Assembly: GCA_051313645.2 (NCBI GenBank)
Contig: JBNRSN020000006.1
Span: forward strand, 302,560,001-302,624,000
Length of the DNA stretch: 64,000 bases
Source of the DNA: Centroscyllium fabricii
Taxonomy: Eukaryota
Direction: 5' to 3'
Shown here one piece after another: positions 1-13,150 of this stretch (positions are counted from its first letter, which is position 1; each line of letters opens with the position of its first letter). The notes under the pieces are model-generated. The model did not search any database. It was not told the origin of the DNA and saw only the letters and a list, made by a program, of their open reading frames with translations. The translations under genes were made by a program, and so were the position numbers.

Positions 1-450
1 GGGCCGGGAGCTGCGAGGCCGTCGGGGGCCGGGAGCTGCGAGGCCGTCGGGGGCCGGGAGCTGCGAGGCCGTCGGGGGCCGGGAGCTGCGAGGCCGTCGG
101 GGGCCGGGAGCTGCGAGGCCGTCGGGGGCCGGGAGCTGCGAGGCCGTCGGGGGCCGGGAGCTGCGAGGCCGTCGGGGGCCGGGAGCTGCGAGGCCGTCGG
201 GGGCCGGGAGCTGCGAGGCCGTCGGGGGCCGGGAGCTGCGAGGCCGTCGTGGCCGGAGCGCCAGGGTCTGCGTGGCCGGGCACCGGGCGCATCGTGGCTG
301 CAGCGCCGGGTGGTCCTGGTGGGATGGAATGGATCAGACTGGGACTAACGGACATTTTGATGATTTGGGAGATTGCACGTTTGCATTTCGTTGTTTTGTG
401 CATGTTCACTTTACAATGACAATAAATAGAATTGTATTGAATTGAATTGA
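1..450 (+). mobile_element. Non-autonomous LINE derivative (3' part) with an expanded 25-bp minisatellite; same family as 18241-18747
   Basis: About 10 copies of GGGCCGGGAGCTGCGAGGCCGTCGG (1-249). The following body is nearly identical to 18560-18747 and ends ATGACAATAAA + (TTGAA)n. Rex1/Babar affinity of the tail is an inference. Confidence 0.7.
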
Positions 451-476
451 GTGCTAGGATGTCACTGTCCTGGGGC

Positions 477-2031
477 TGGTTGTTACCAGTAGTGTTAGTA
501 GTTACTCCGCTAAGCTGGTTGTTACCAGTAGTGTTAGTAGTTACTCCGCTAAGTTGGTTGTTACCAGTAGTGTTAGTAGTTACTTCGCTAAGCTGATTGT
601 TACCAGTAGTGTTAGTAGTTACTCCGCTAAGCTGGTTGTTACCAGTAGTGTTAGTAGTTACTCCGCTAAGTTGGTTGTTACCAGTAGTGTTAGTAGTTAC
701 TCCGCTAAGTTGGTTGTTACCAGTAGTGTTAGTAGTTACTCCGCTAAGCTGGTTGTTACCAGTAGTGTTAGTAGTTACTCCGCTAAGTTGGTTGTTACCA
801 GTAGTGTTAGTAGTTACTCCGCTAAGTTGGTTGTTACCAGTAGTGTTAGTAGTTACTCCGCTAAGCTGGTTGTTACCAGTAGTGTTAGTAGTTACTCCGC
901 TAAGCTGGTTGTTACCAGTAGTGTTAGTAGTTACTCCGCTAAGCTGGTTGTTACCAGTAGTGTTAGTAGTTACTCCGCTAAGTTGGTTGTTACCAGTAGT
1001 GTTAGTAGTTACTCCGCTAAGCTGTTTGTTACCAGTAGTGTTAGTAGTTACTTCACTAAGCTGGTTGTTACCAGTAGTGTTAGTAGTTACTCCGCTAAGC
1101 TGGTTGTTACCAGTAGTGTTAGTAGTTACTTCACTAAGCTGGTTGTTACCAGTAGTGTTAGTAGTTACTCCGCTAAGTTGGTTGTTACCAGTAGTGTTAG
1201 TAGTTACTTCACTAAGCTGGTTGTTACCAGTAGTGTTAGTAGTTACTCCGCTAAGCTGGTTGTTACCAGTAGTGTTAGTAGTTACTCCGCTAAGTTGGTT
1301 GTTACCAGTAGTGTAAGTAGTTACTCCGCTAAGCTGTTTGTTACCAGTAGTGTTAGTAGTTACTTCACTAAGCTGGTTGTTACCAGTAGTGTTAGTAGTT
1401 ACTCCGCTAAGCTGGTTGTTACCAGTAGTGTTAGTAGTTACTTCACTAAGCTGGTTGTTACCAGTAGTGTTAGTAGTTACTCCGCTAAGTTGGTTGTTAC
1501 CAGTAGTGTTAGTAGTTACTTCACTAAGCTGGTTGTTACCAGTAGTGTTAGTAGTTACTCCGCTAAGCTGGTTGTTACCAGTAGTGTTAGTAGTTACTCC
1601 GCTCAGCTGGTTGTTACCAGTAGTGTTAGTAGTTACTCCGCTAAGCTGGTTGTTACCAGTAGTGTTAGTAGTTACTCCGCTAAGTTGGTTGTTACCAGTA
1701 GTGTAAGTAGTTACTCCGCTAAGCTGTTTGTTACCAGTAGTGTTAGTAGTTACTCCGCTAAGTTGGTTGTTACCAGTAGTGTAAGTAGTTACTCCGCTAA
1801 GCTGGTTGTTACCAGTAGTGTAAGTAGTTACTCCGCTAAGCTGTTTGTTACCAGTAGTGTTAGTAGTTACTCCGCTCAGCTGGTTGTTACCAGTAGTGTA
1901 AGTAGTTACTCCGCTAAGCTGTTTGTTACCAGTAGTGTTAGTAGTTACTTCACTAAGCTGGTTGTTACCAGTAGTGTTAGTAGTTACTCCGCTAAGCTGG
2001 TTGTTACCAGTAGTGTTAGTAGTTACTCCGC
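477..2031. repeat. 39-bp tandem array (~40 copies) in PSMA8 intron 1
   Basis: Unit CTGGTTGTTACCAGTAGTGTTAGTAGTTACTCCGCTAAG with a few recurring variants (TTCACTAAG, GTAAGT, CTGTTT). Confidence 0.97.
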
Positions 2032-2050
2032 CGAGTCTCATACTCTCTCA

Positions 2051-2660
<610 letters not shown>

Positions 2661-3778
2661 CCATTCAATGTCAGCCACAACACAACCACTGAAGCCCAAG
2701 CTTCTCACACAGCTCTATCTCTATTTGTAAAGTCTATTCCATTCATTTTGCCCCGCCCCTCACAAATTTGCATATGTATGGATATTTTATTCCTTTCAGC
2801 TTATGAACCCCTGACCCCCGCTGACCAGCTGCCTTGGTCTGTTCCGCGCGGGGGGGGGCAGGCTTTGGGCTGGAAGGAACCACAGCGCAGAGAGGGGGGA
2901 TTGATAGGCAGACGGTTCACAAATAGAGGATTGTGTGGCACTGCCTGACCACCATTGATTTACCGCATCGTAGATGATGAAAAAAAAAAAATCATTCTTT
3001 CAAAATCCCAAAGACACGCCAGTTAATTGAATTATTGTGTCCATGGCTAGGTGTTCCCCACCGTTTAATTTGAACTGTTCCAAGCTCTGGTTGAGGAGAA
3101 TAAACCACTGGGTGAGTTATGAAGGGGGAACACTTAATATCAGAGAAAAAAATTACACGGTGCCGAATGGTTTAGTTTATTGCTTTAAAAAATAAACAGA
3201 GAAATATTACATATGCATTTGGATATTGCAGTATATCCTAACTTTATTTGTTAGTTTGCATTTTCCAAGAATTGTGTCTGAGAGCAACCCCCAATTCTCA
3301 ATTGAATTCTCCGACTCTCCCAGACTGGGAGAGTTTAACAGGAACTGTTCATTCATTGATGGGGAGATCCCAGTTTTCTGAGTTGCAATAAATAGCACCC
3401 AAACACTGGCCCATCCTCCCAGTCAGTACAAATGCATGAATTCTAACAGTGCATGCACCACTTCTCTCTGATTTATGTTGCTATAAACCTGCTTACAACT
3501 TCTTCCCAGAGCCCAGTTAGGATTCCGCACCCCCTTTAGCTGGGGGGGGAAGCCATCTCCCCTCCCTCTCTCAGCAACCATACTGGAGAGTTTGGCAGGA
3601 AATCCAGGTTTTTTTTGCTCTCTTTCTGTAAAAGCATTGCCTGTGTCAAAGGAGGAGGAGTTAATATATATCTGTGTGCTCCTGAATTGTGTGTGTGTGT
3701 GTGGAGGGAAAGGGGGAGAAAATAAGAGAAGTAGAAGAAAAGAAAATCCCCTGCACACACACACCGCGAAAGCACACC

Positions 3779-3847
3779 ATGTCGGTTGCATTTGCTACTC
3801 CGCGGCAGCGCGGGAAAGGTGAAATTACACCTGCCGCCATTCAGAAG
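3779..3847 (+). CDS. SS18: SS18 (BAF complex subunit) coding exon 1
   Basis: MSVAFATPRQRGKGEITPAAIQK, then a GTAAAG donor. Matches the SS18 N-terminus. Confidence 0.95.
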
Positions 3848-3852
3848 GTAAA

Positions 3853-4228
3853 GTATCGAGTGAATGGAATGTTGTGACAATGTAACTGCGTGAATGGAAC
3901 GTTCGTAAAATGTATCCGAGTGACTGAAACGTCCATACAATGTATCTGAGTGAATGGAACGTTCGTACAGTGTAACTGCGTGAGTTGGAACGTTCATACA
4001 ATGTATCTGAGTGAATGGAACGTTCATACAGTGTAACTGCGTGAGTTGGAACGTTCATATAATGTATCCGAGTGAATGGAACGTTCAGACAGTGTAACTG
4101 CGTGAGTTGGAACGTTCATACAATGTATCTGAGTGAATTGGAACGTTGACACAGTGTAACTGCGTGATTTGGAACGTTCACACAATGTATCCGAGTGAAT
4201 GGAACGTTCAGACAGTGTATCCGCTGAG
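3853..4228. repeat. 30/31-bp tandem repeat (61-bp dimer, ~12 monomers) at the start of SS18 intron 1
   Basis: Alternating GAGTGAATGGAACGTTCA.ACAGTGTAACT and GCGTGAGTTGGAACGTTCA.ACAATGTATC units. Confidence 0.9.
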
Positions 4229-5089
4229 TGTTCCAATGTAACAGACGGTGGTGCTGGCCAGGGGCCTGCAGATGGATTCTTTTTGTGTCTGTGCCTCTTA
4301 TTAAAGCTTCTTTCTCTTCCGCAAATGTTAAGCTTAAGCAGGGAGGAGGAGGAGGGGGGGGTAATATCTTTTGTTTTCTCTGCAGATATTTAAAAAATAA
4401 TGTTTGGTCCATTTTACACTGAATCTATTCTTTGTCCAGAGAGAGCGAGGTTGCTCCAGCGGCCATGATCGAGCTCTCTGAGCTGTGGAAGATTTTTTTT
4501 CTTTCTGTGCTGCAACGCTTGGGGGGGTTTCCCAGCCTTTCTCAAACTGCAACCTCTCTCCAGCAAAACCACAGGCGCGGGTATTCTGGTAACACAACTT
4601 AGATAACTTTTAATCCGCCACCAGTTTTAGGTTTTACAATGGCTCGGTGGATATGAATTATTCACCCTTATATATATTTTAAAACTTTTGATCTCCTTTA
4701 TTGTGGAGTAGTTTGGGTGTTTAACGTTTTCTTTTAAATCCACTTTAAAAGTTTTGCATGCAATCTTTTGACGAGTAACAAAGATGTGTGAATTTCACCG
4801 ATTTTATTGTAAGGCTTCTTTTTGATTCAAGGTCTTTCGACTATTTTTTTTTGGGGGGTGGGGAGGGTTCCGAGATGAAATGTATCACCAGTTCCCACTT
4901 CCGTTTTTAGTGGCAGATTTAGTGCTTTTTTTAAGTATTGAGAATTTCTAGCGATGTCTACTGGTGGGAATCTGGTACTGGATTTGATGAGGTTATTTTA
5001 CCCGTTTGTAACTGGTCCTCCGAACTGTGCTCACAGTTTCAAAATGTGATTGGCCTGTCTTTCTTAAAACTAACTCCACTCATGAGTAT

Positions 5090-5232
5090 TCAGTGGAGAG
5101 AGAAACACAGTTAACGTTCCTCGACCTGAAACGTTGCCTCTGCTCCTCTCTCCACCGATGCTGCCTGGCCTGCTGAGTTTCTCCAGCGTTTTCTGTTATT
5201 TCAGATTTCCAGCATCGACAGTATTTTGCTAT
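5090..5232 (+). mobile_element. Penelope-like element terminal fragment
   Basis: GACCTGAAACGTT...GATGCTGCCTGGCCTGCTGAGTTTCTCCAGC motif; related copies at 38945-39040 and 53445-54090. Confidence 0.5.
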
Positions 5233-5404
5233 CCCAAGTTTTCCAGCGGGTTTGCAAGTTGAGTCCGCCTTTATCATGTCACGAAACAACTGAAGCTTTA
5301 CTTGGTACTCCTCCCTCGAGAGAAAGACCTCCCGACACTCAAACAGGCCAAAAGTGGAGGCAACTGAGTTAGAATTTTACAAGTTTCAATGAGATTCCCT
5401 CTAA

Positions 5405-5777
5405 GGCGGTAGTGTAGTGGTTATGTCACTAGACTAGTAAGCCAGAGGCTCAGTCAAATGCTCTGAGGATATGGGTTCAAATCCCACCACGGCAGCTGGT
5501 GGAATTTAAATTCAATTCAATTTAATTCTGGAATTAAATGTTAGTCTTAGCAATGGCGACCATGATACCATTGTCAATTGTTGCAAAAACCCATCTGGTT
5601 CACGAATGGCCTTTAGGGAAGGAAATCTGCCGTCCTCACCTGGTCTGGCCTACATGTGACTCCAGACCCACAGCAATGTGGTTGACTCTTAATGCCCTCT
5701 CAAGGGCAATTAGGGATGGGCACTAATTGCAGGCCCAGCCAGCCAGCGACGCCCACATCCCATCAATGAAAAAAAAT
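5405..5777 (+). mobile_element. tRNA-headed SINE with a LINE-derived tail
   Basis: A-box TAGTGTAGTGG and B-box GGTTCAAATCC. The tail CTCAAGGGCAATTAGGGATGGGC is shared with the LINE at 40450-42347. Second copy at 10875-11368. Confidence 0.75.
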
Positions 5778-5809
5778 CGACCCAATCTCTCCTCATACAT
5801 CATTCCTGC

Positions 5810-6156
5810 CATAGAAACATGGAGCAGGAGTAGGCCATTCGGCCCTTTGAGCCTGCTCCCCCATTCAATGAGATCATGGCTGATCATCCAAACCCAGTAC
5901 CCCCCCCATCCCCAATCGACACCCTATCCCCACATATTTAATCCCCCTAACACTAAGGGTCAATTTATCCTGGCCAATCAACCTAACCCGCACATCTTTG
6001 GACTGTGGGAGGAAACCGGAGCACCTGGAGGAAACCCATGCAGACACGGGGAGAATGGGCAAACTCCACACACATAGTCACCCGAGGCTGGATTTGAACC
6101 CGGGTCTCCAGTGCTGTGAGACAACAATGCTAACCACTGTGCCACCGTGCCATCCC
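5810..6156 (-). mobile_element. HE1/V-SINE-like SINE
   Basis: tRNA-like head, V-domain GTTTCCTCC.GGTGCTCCGGTTTCCTCCCACAGTCCAAAGA, and CR1-type tail. Confidence 0.85.
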
Positions 6157-6340
6157 AGGTATCAGCCTGGTGAATCTTCACTGCACTCCCTCCATGGCAA
6201 GAACATCCTTCCTCCGATAAGGCGACCAGAACTGCACACCGTACTCAAGGTGCGGTCTCACCAAGGCCCTGTGCAACTGCAGCAAGACAATTTTGAGGGA
6301 AAATGGGGAACCGATAAGAGGGGAGTAATTGGGTCCTGGC

Positions 6341-6468
6341 CAATGTCCCCTCTTAATTTTTTGCGACCTCCCCCTTGAATGGGCTAGGCGGCCCATTCAC
6401 AAATCCGCGCATTTAAAAACCGGTTCCGCGGGTGATCCGGAGCCCTGCTTAGCTTAAAGAAAACGTTG
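6341..6468. mobile_element. hAT-type MITE
   Basis: Ends CAATGTCCCCTCTTAA / TTAAAGAAAACGTTG; degenerate 8-bp TSD GTCCTGGC/GTGGTGGC. Confidence 0.5.
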
Positions 6469-6816
6469 GTGGTGGCATTGGGGAATCGTAGAGAGGAACC
6501 TGATTTAGCAGGGATAACTGAAACCTGGCTGCATGAAGAATAGGATTGGTTGTTAAATACTGCAATAAGTAGACAAATGTATGAAATGAGTGAACGATAT
6601 ATAGAATAATAATAATGGGAGATTTCACCATCCCCCCCCCCCCCTCCCCCCATAATTAACTGGCAAGTACAGGGAGTGAAGAGGGGATGGAGTTTTGACT
6701 GTTTTACAGCTCTCGTTTCTCACCCAGTGCTTAAGAAGCCCAACAAGGAGCTGGCTCGAGTAATGGGAAATTAACCAGAGCAGATAAGAGAAGTTGGCAT
6801 AGGGGAGTTTCTAGAC

Positions 6817-7865
6817 AATAGTTGGAATAAACGGGTCTTTTTCCGAGTGACAGGCAATGACTAGTGGGGTACCGCAGGGATCGGTCCTTGGACCCCAGCT
6901 ATTCACAATATATATTAATAATCTAGTCGAGGGAACTAGATTTAATATCTCCAAGTTTGCAGATGACACAAAGCTGGGTGGGCGTGTGTGCTGTGAGGAG
7001 GATGCCGAGAAACTCCAGGATGATTTGGACAGGTTGGGTGATTGGGCAGAAGCATAGTGGATGCACTATAATGTGGATAAATGCGAGGTTATCCACTTTG
7101 GTGGCAAAAACAGGAAGGCAGATTATTATCTGAATGGCAATAGATTGGGAGACGGGGAAGTGCAACGAGACCTCGGCGTCCTTGTGCACCAGTTACTGAA
7201 GGTAAGCATGCAGGTGCAACAGGCGGTTAAGAAGGCAAATGGTATGTTGGCCTCCTAGCGAGAGGGTTCGAGTGCAGGAACAAGGAGGTCTTGCTGCAGT
7301 TGTACAGGGCCTTGGTGAGACCACACCTTGAGTATTGTGTGCAGTTTTGGTCACCTTATCCAAGGAAGGATGTTCTTGCCATGGAAGGAGGGCAGCGAAG
7401 ATTCACCAGACTGATACCTGGGATGGCAGGAATGACGTATGAGGAGAGATTGGGTCGATTGGGCTTATACTCGCTGGAGTTTAGAAGAATGAGAGGGGAT
7501 CTCATCGAAACTTATAAAATTCTAACAGGACTAGATGCAGGAAGAACGTTCCCGATGGTCGGGGAGTCCAGAACCAGGGGTCACAGTCGAAGAAGAAGAA
7601 GGTAAGCCATTTAGGACAGAGATGAGGAGGAATTTCTTCACCCAGAGAGTGGTGAACCTGTGGAATTCTCTACCACAGAAGGCAATAGAGGCCAATTCAT
7701 TAAATATATTCAGGAAGCAGTTGGATATATCCTAAAGGCTAAAGGGATATGGGGAGAAGGCAGGGACAGTGTACTGGGTTTGGATGATTAGCCATGATCT
7801 CATCGAATGGCGGAACAGGCTCGAGGGGCCGAATGGCCTACTCCTGCTCCTATCTTCTATGTGTC
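6817..7865 (+). mobile_element. CR1 (HER1-like) LINE, 5'-truncated and degenerate
   Basis: RT motifs [17 protein letters not shown] and YRALVRPHLEYCVQFW, with in-frame stops; CR1 3' tail. Confidence 0.92.
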
Positions 7866-7869
7866 TATA

Positions 7870-9652
7870 GAAAAGGGTAACAGTGCCACAGGTTAGTAGA
7901 CCGCTAATGTGATTCTTATATTCAAAGGCGATCGAACAAATTCAGGGAACGATAAACCAGTTAGCAGAAGTTGGTGGTAGGAAAGATAATGGAATCTTTA
8001 CTCAGATGTAATAGAAAAAAATCAAGAAATACAAAATGTAAAACCGCACAGATTCCAAAAGTGAAGGTCGTGCTTAACCAATGTTATTGAAATTATTTGA
8101 AGTATAGAAAGAGTAGACAAGGGTAATGCACTGGATGTGATATACATGGACTTTCAAAAGGGCTTCGATAAGATACCGCGTTGTAAACTCGTGGCCAAGG
8201 TCAGAGCATGTGGAGTCGGGGCAAGTAGCAGAATGGACAGCAAGCTGGCTACAAAGCAGAGTTTACCGGTCGTTACAGACTGGTGGAAGGTGGGAAGCGG
8301 CATTCCACAGGGACTGGAGCTGGGACCACTGTTGTTGCAGCAGGCGGTTAAGAAGGCAAATGGTATGTTGGCCTTCATAGCGAAAGGGTTGGAGTACAGG
8401 AACAGGGAGGTCTTGCTGCAGTTGTACAGGGCCTTGGTGAGACCACACCTTGAGTATTGTGTGCAGTTTTGGTCTCCTTATCTAAGGAAGGACGTTCTTG
8501 CCATGGAGGGAGTGCAGAGGAGATTCACCAGGCTGAGGAGAGACTGGGTTTGTACTCTCTGGAGTTTAGAAGATTGAGAGGGGATCTCATCGAAACGTAT
8601 AAAATTCTAACTGGTCTGGACAAACTTGATGCAGGAAGGATGTTCCCGATGGTCGGAGAGTCCAGAACCAGGGGTCCTAGTCTAAGGATAAGGGGTAACT
8701 CATTTAGGACAGAGATGAGGAGGAATTTCTTCACCCAGAGAGTGGTGAACCTGTGGAATTCTCTACCACAGAGGGCGGTGGAGGCTAGTTCATTGAATAT
8801 ATTCAAGGAGGAGCTGGATGTATTTCTTAAGGCTAGAGGGATCAAGTGATATCATAGAATCATAGAATCATAGAAACTTTACAGTGCGGATAAAGGCCAT
8901 TCGGCCCATCCAGTCCGCACCGGCCCAGGAAACTCCTCACTATACTAACCCCATTTGCCCGCACCTGGCCCATAACCTTGTATGTTACGGTCCTTCATGT
9001 GCTGGTCCAAATATTTTTTAAATGTTGCGATGGTTTCTGCCTCCACCACCCTTACAGGCAGGGAGTTCCACACTTCCACCACCCTCTGAGTAAATAAATT
9101 TTTCCTTACCTCCCCCCTAAACCTCCCCCCCCTAATCTTGAATCTATGTCCCCTAGTATTTGACTCTCCCACCAAGGGAAACAATGCCCCTTTATCCACC
9201 CTATCGTGTCCTCTCATGATCCTGTACACCTCAATCATGTCACCCCTCAATCTTCTCTTCTCCAAGGCAAACAACCCCAGCCTGTCCAGCCTTTCCTCGT
9301 AGCATAAGTCCCCCAGACCAGGTATCATCCTGGTAAACCTTCTCTGCACCCTCTCCAGGGCAACCACATCCTTCCTGAAGTGCGGTGACCAGAATTGCAC
9401 ACAGTACTCTAGCTGAGGTCTCACCAGCGTGTTATACAAGTTTAACATTACCTCCCTACTTTTGTATACTATGCCCTGGTTAATAAAGGCCAGAATTCCG
9501 TATGCCTTCTTAACCACCTTGTTTACGTGTCCAGCAACCTTCAGGATATGGGGACAAGGCAGGGGCAGGGTCCTGGGTTTGGATGATCAGCCATGATCTC
9601 ATTGAATGGGTCGAGGGGCCGAATGGCCTACTCCTGCTCCTATCTTCTATGT
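7870..9652 (+). mobile_element. Composite CR1 fragments interrupted by an antisense CR1
   Basis: IYMDFQKGFDKIP and RPHLEYCVQFW motifs; the 3' tail resumes at ~9545. Confidence 0.8.
8852..9543 (-). mobile_element. CR1 LINE 3' fragment
   Basis: ORF 8945-9517 (LVRPQLEYCVQFWSPH) ending in a (CTATGATT)n tail. Confidence 0.9.
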
Positions 9653-10185
9653 TCACCATTCACCAATGATTTGGGCTCTGGGATCATAAGTACAATATTG
9701 AAATTTCTGAGACACCAAGTTGGAGGGTGCAGTTGATACAGGAGAGGACTGTGATAACATACAGGAGGAAGTTAATAAACGTGCAGAATGGATGTGTAAA
9801 TGGCAAATGAATTTCAATATATGTGAGGTGGTGCATTTTGGAAGGAAGAATAATGAGGCCACAGACTCCTTGGATTGTCGAGGTTTAATTGCGGTCGTGG
9901 AGCAGAGGGATCGAGGGGTACATATTCACAAATCACTTAAAGTAGTGACACAGGTTGTCAAAGCTACAAAGTGCAAACCCAGCACCGGGATTCATTTTCT
10001 ACAGGAGTAGAGTTCAAAGCAGAGAAGTTATGTTAAACTTGTGTTGAATCTTGGTTAGACCACGTTTGGCGGTCTGTGCACAGTCCTGGTCTCCGTGCTA
10101 CAAAGGGGGGTATCGAGGCACTGGAGAAGGTGCAGAAAAGATGCACAAGGATAGCAAAGCTGAGGGCGTCTGACTGTCGGGGAAC

Positions 10186-10586
10186 GGCGGCACGGTGTCA
10201 TAATGGTTAGCACTGTTGCCTCACAGCACTGGAGACCCGGGTTCAAATCCAGCCTCGGGTACTATCTGTGTGGAGTTTGCACATTCTCCCCGTGTCTGCG
10301 TGGGTTTCCTCCGGGTGCTCCGGTTTCCTCCCACAGTCCAAAGATGGGCGGGTTAGGTTGATTGGCCAGGATAAAATTGACCCTTAGTGTTAGGGGGATT
10401 GAATATGTGGGGTTACGGGGATAGGATGGGATATGTGTCGGGGCAGGCTCGATAGGGATATGGGGGATATGGGGACAAGGCAGGGACAGGGTACTGGGTT
10501 TGGATGATCAGCCATGATCTCATTGAATGGTGGAGCAGGCTCGAGGGGCCGAATGGCCGACTCCTGCTCCTAGTTTCTATGTTTCT
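10186..10586 (+). mobile_element. HE1/V-SINE-like SINE inserted in an older CR1 (9680-11465)
   Basis: Full head, V-domain and tail; CR1 sequence continues on both sides. Confidence 0.85.
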
Positions 10587-10874
10587 GCAGAAAGGAGACG
10601 GCTGAAGGGTGACCTGATGGTTTTCAAAATTATGAAAGGGTTTGGTAGGGTAGACGCAGAGAAGATGTTTCCACTTGTGGGGGCAGACCAGAACTAGGGG
10701 CCATCAATTTAAGATAATCACTAATATATCCAACAGGCAATTCAGGAGAAATTTCTTTGCCCAGAGAGTGGTGAGAATGTGGAACTCGCTGCCACGGAGT
10801 GGTTGAGGCGAATAGTGCTGATGCATTTAAGGGGAAGCTGGATAAACACATGAGGGAGAAAGGATGAGAGGGGA

Positions 10875-11368
10875 GGCACTGGCGTAGTGGTTATGTCACT
10901 AGACTAGTAAGCCAGAGGCTCAGTCAAATGCTCTGAGGATATGGGTTCAAATCCCACCACGGCAGCTGGTGGAATTTCAATTCAATTCAATTTAATTCTG
11001 GAATTAAATGTTAGTCTTAGTAATGGCGACCATGATACCATTGTCAATTGTTGCAAAAACTCATCTGGTTCACTAATGTCCTTTAGGGACGGGAATCTGC
11101 CGTCCTTACCTGGTCTGGCCGACATGTGACTCCAGACTCACAGCAATGTGGTTGACTCTTAATGCCCTCTGAAATGGCCCAGCAAGCCACTCAGTTGTAA
11201 ACAACCGCTACGCAACATTGTGGGTGTACCGACACCATATGGACTGCAGCGGTTCAAGAAGGCAGCTCACCACCATCTTCTCAAGGGCAATTAGGGATGG
11301 GCACTAAATGCAGGCCTCGCCATCCAGAGACGCCCACATCCCATCAACGAATAGAAAAAAAAGAAAAA
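10875..11368 (+). mobile_element. tRNA-headed SINE with a LINE-derived tail (second copy)
   Basis: Near-identical to 5405-5777, with a longer tail. Confidence 0.75.
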
Positions 11369-12246
11369 TGAGAACCATATGCTAGTAGGGTGGGAGGAGG
11401 CTCATGTGGAGCACACAACACCGGCTCCTGTTGGGCCCAGTGTCCTGTTGCTGTGCTGAACACTGAATGCAATGGTGAGGGTGACACCAGATCTTTGCCC
11501 ACTTATGCACCTTTGTTTGAAATCACAAGCATTCGGAGCGCTGCCCCTTCCTCTGGTGTTGTTGTGACTTCTTACAATTGTCCACCCCATTCCAACACCG
11601 GCACCTCCACATCATCTCTTCTGCACCTGCCATTGGCCAGCAGAAATGTCTACCGTGCCCAAGGTGATGTCCATTACTTGGTTCAATCACGCATCCCATT
11701 TTCTGGCAATCTATCTTCATTTACACTCAATGACAGGAGGATAAAACTGGCACCGTTGCTCAGCACTGCATTGAAGGTGGAAGAGAATTTGAAGCGACTG
11801 GATCAAAATTTCTCAGTGCTGTTTAAAAAAAACTCTTTGCCTTTGTGCTGTTCCCAGCTGTGTCCCCCCCCCCCCCCTTTTTTCAGACAGAATGCAATGG
11901 GATTCCCATTGTGAAAGAGGAGGAGGTGGGGGAGCAATGGGAGAAGGCTGGGTTGCTGAGGCACCAGCTCAGTTGCAACCCCCACACCAGATGGTAGAGT
12001 CCTGCCTGCATTGGATTGTGGAGCAGTGGACACATGGAGGTTTTGCTTTCACGAAGCTGTCTCGGACTCGAGCCACGTGTGTGAAGGCAGAACTGCCTTT
12101 CACCCCTGCTGTATACCGCACTATTCCAGTGGCTGGTAAGGTAACGACCACCCTTAGCGTCTATTTCCTGGATCGTTCCAGATGGCCGCTGAGGACATTT
12201 AGTAACCTGCTCAAACATAAGAAATAGGAGCAGGAGTCGGCCACCC

Positions 12247-12523
12247 AGCCCCTCGAGCCCGCTCCGCCACCCGGCCCCTCGAGCCCGCTCCGGCCCCTCG
12301 AGCCCGCTCCGCCACCCGGCCCCTCGAGCCCGCTCCGCCACCCGGCCCCTCGAGCCCGCTCCGCCACCCGGCCCCTCGAGCCCGCTCCGCCACCCGGCCC
12401 CTCGAGCCCGCTCCGCCACCCGGCCCCTCGAGCCCGCTCCGCCACCCGGCCCCTCGAGCCCGCTCCGCCACCCGGCCCCTCGAGCCCGCTCCGCCACCCG
12501 GCCCCTCGAGCCCGCTCCGCCAC
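12247..12523 (-). repeat. 26-bp GC-rich minisatellite within a CR1 3' tail (CR1 at 12213-12900)
   Basis: About 10 copies of CCGGCCCCTCGAGCCCGCTCCGCCAC. Confidence 0.92.
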
Positions 12524-13150
12524 CCAATAAGGTCATGGCTGATCTTCAACCTCAACTCCACTTTCCCGCCTGATCCCCATATCCCTTGGAACAACTGGAT
12601 GGATGCATTCGGTAGTGCGAACCTGGATGCAAGTTGCACATTCTCCCCACTCTGGGTAAAGAAGTTTCTCCTGAATTCCCTGTTGGATTTATCAGTGACT
12701 ATCTTATATTGATGGCCCCCAGTTCTGGTCTCCCCCACAAGTGGAAACATCTTCTCGACGTCTACCCTGTCGAACCCTTTCATAATTTTGAAGACCTCGA
12801 GCAGGTCACCCCTCTGTTCTGGAGGAAAGAGCCCCAGCCTGTTGAGTCTTTCCTGATGGCTATAGCCTCTCAGATTTGGTATCGTGTTGTAAATCCTTGC
12901 AAAGGTAGGTCAGCATCTGTGAAGAAAAGACAGTTTCATGTTTCAGGTCAAATCACGAACCTGTCCATTCCCTCGACAGATGCTGTGCACCTCCGGCATC
13001 CCCTGCTTTTTTGTGTCACATTTATTTACTAAACTAAGTAACTGGACAGCTTGTGTCTATCCGACTAGGCCCATGGTGCCCAGTTCAAACTCTTCATTCT
13101 TCCTTCTGTTCACTTGCGACATCTGATCCTTAATTAACCATTTGAGGTGA

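Noticed and set aside
477-2031. Possible CRISPR array
   Set aside because: The units are contiguous with no unique spacers, there are no cas genes, and the context is eukaryotic.
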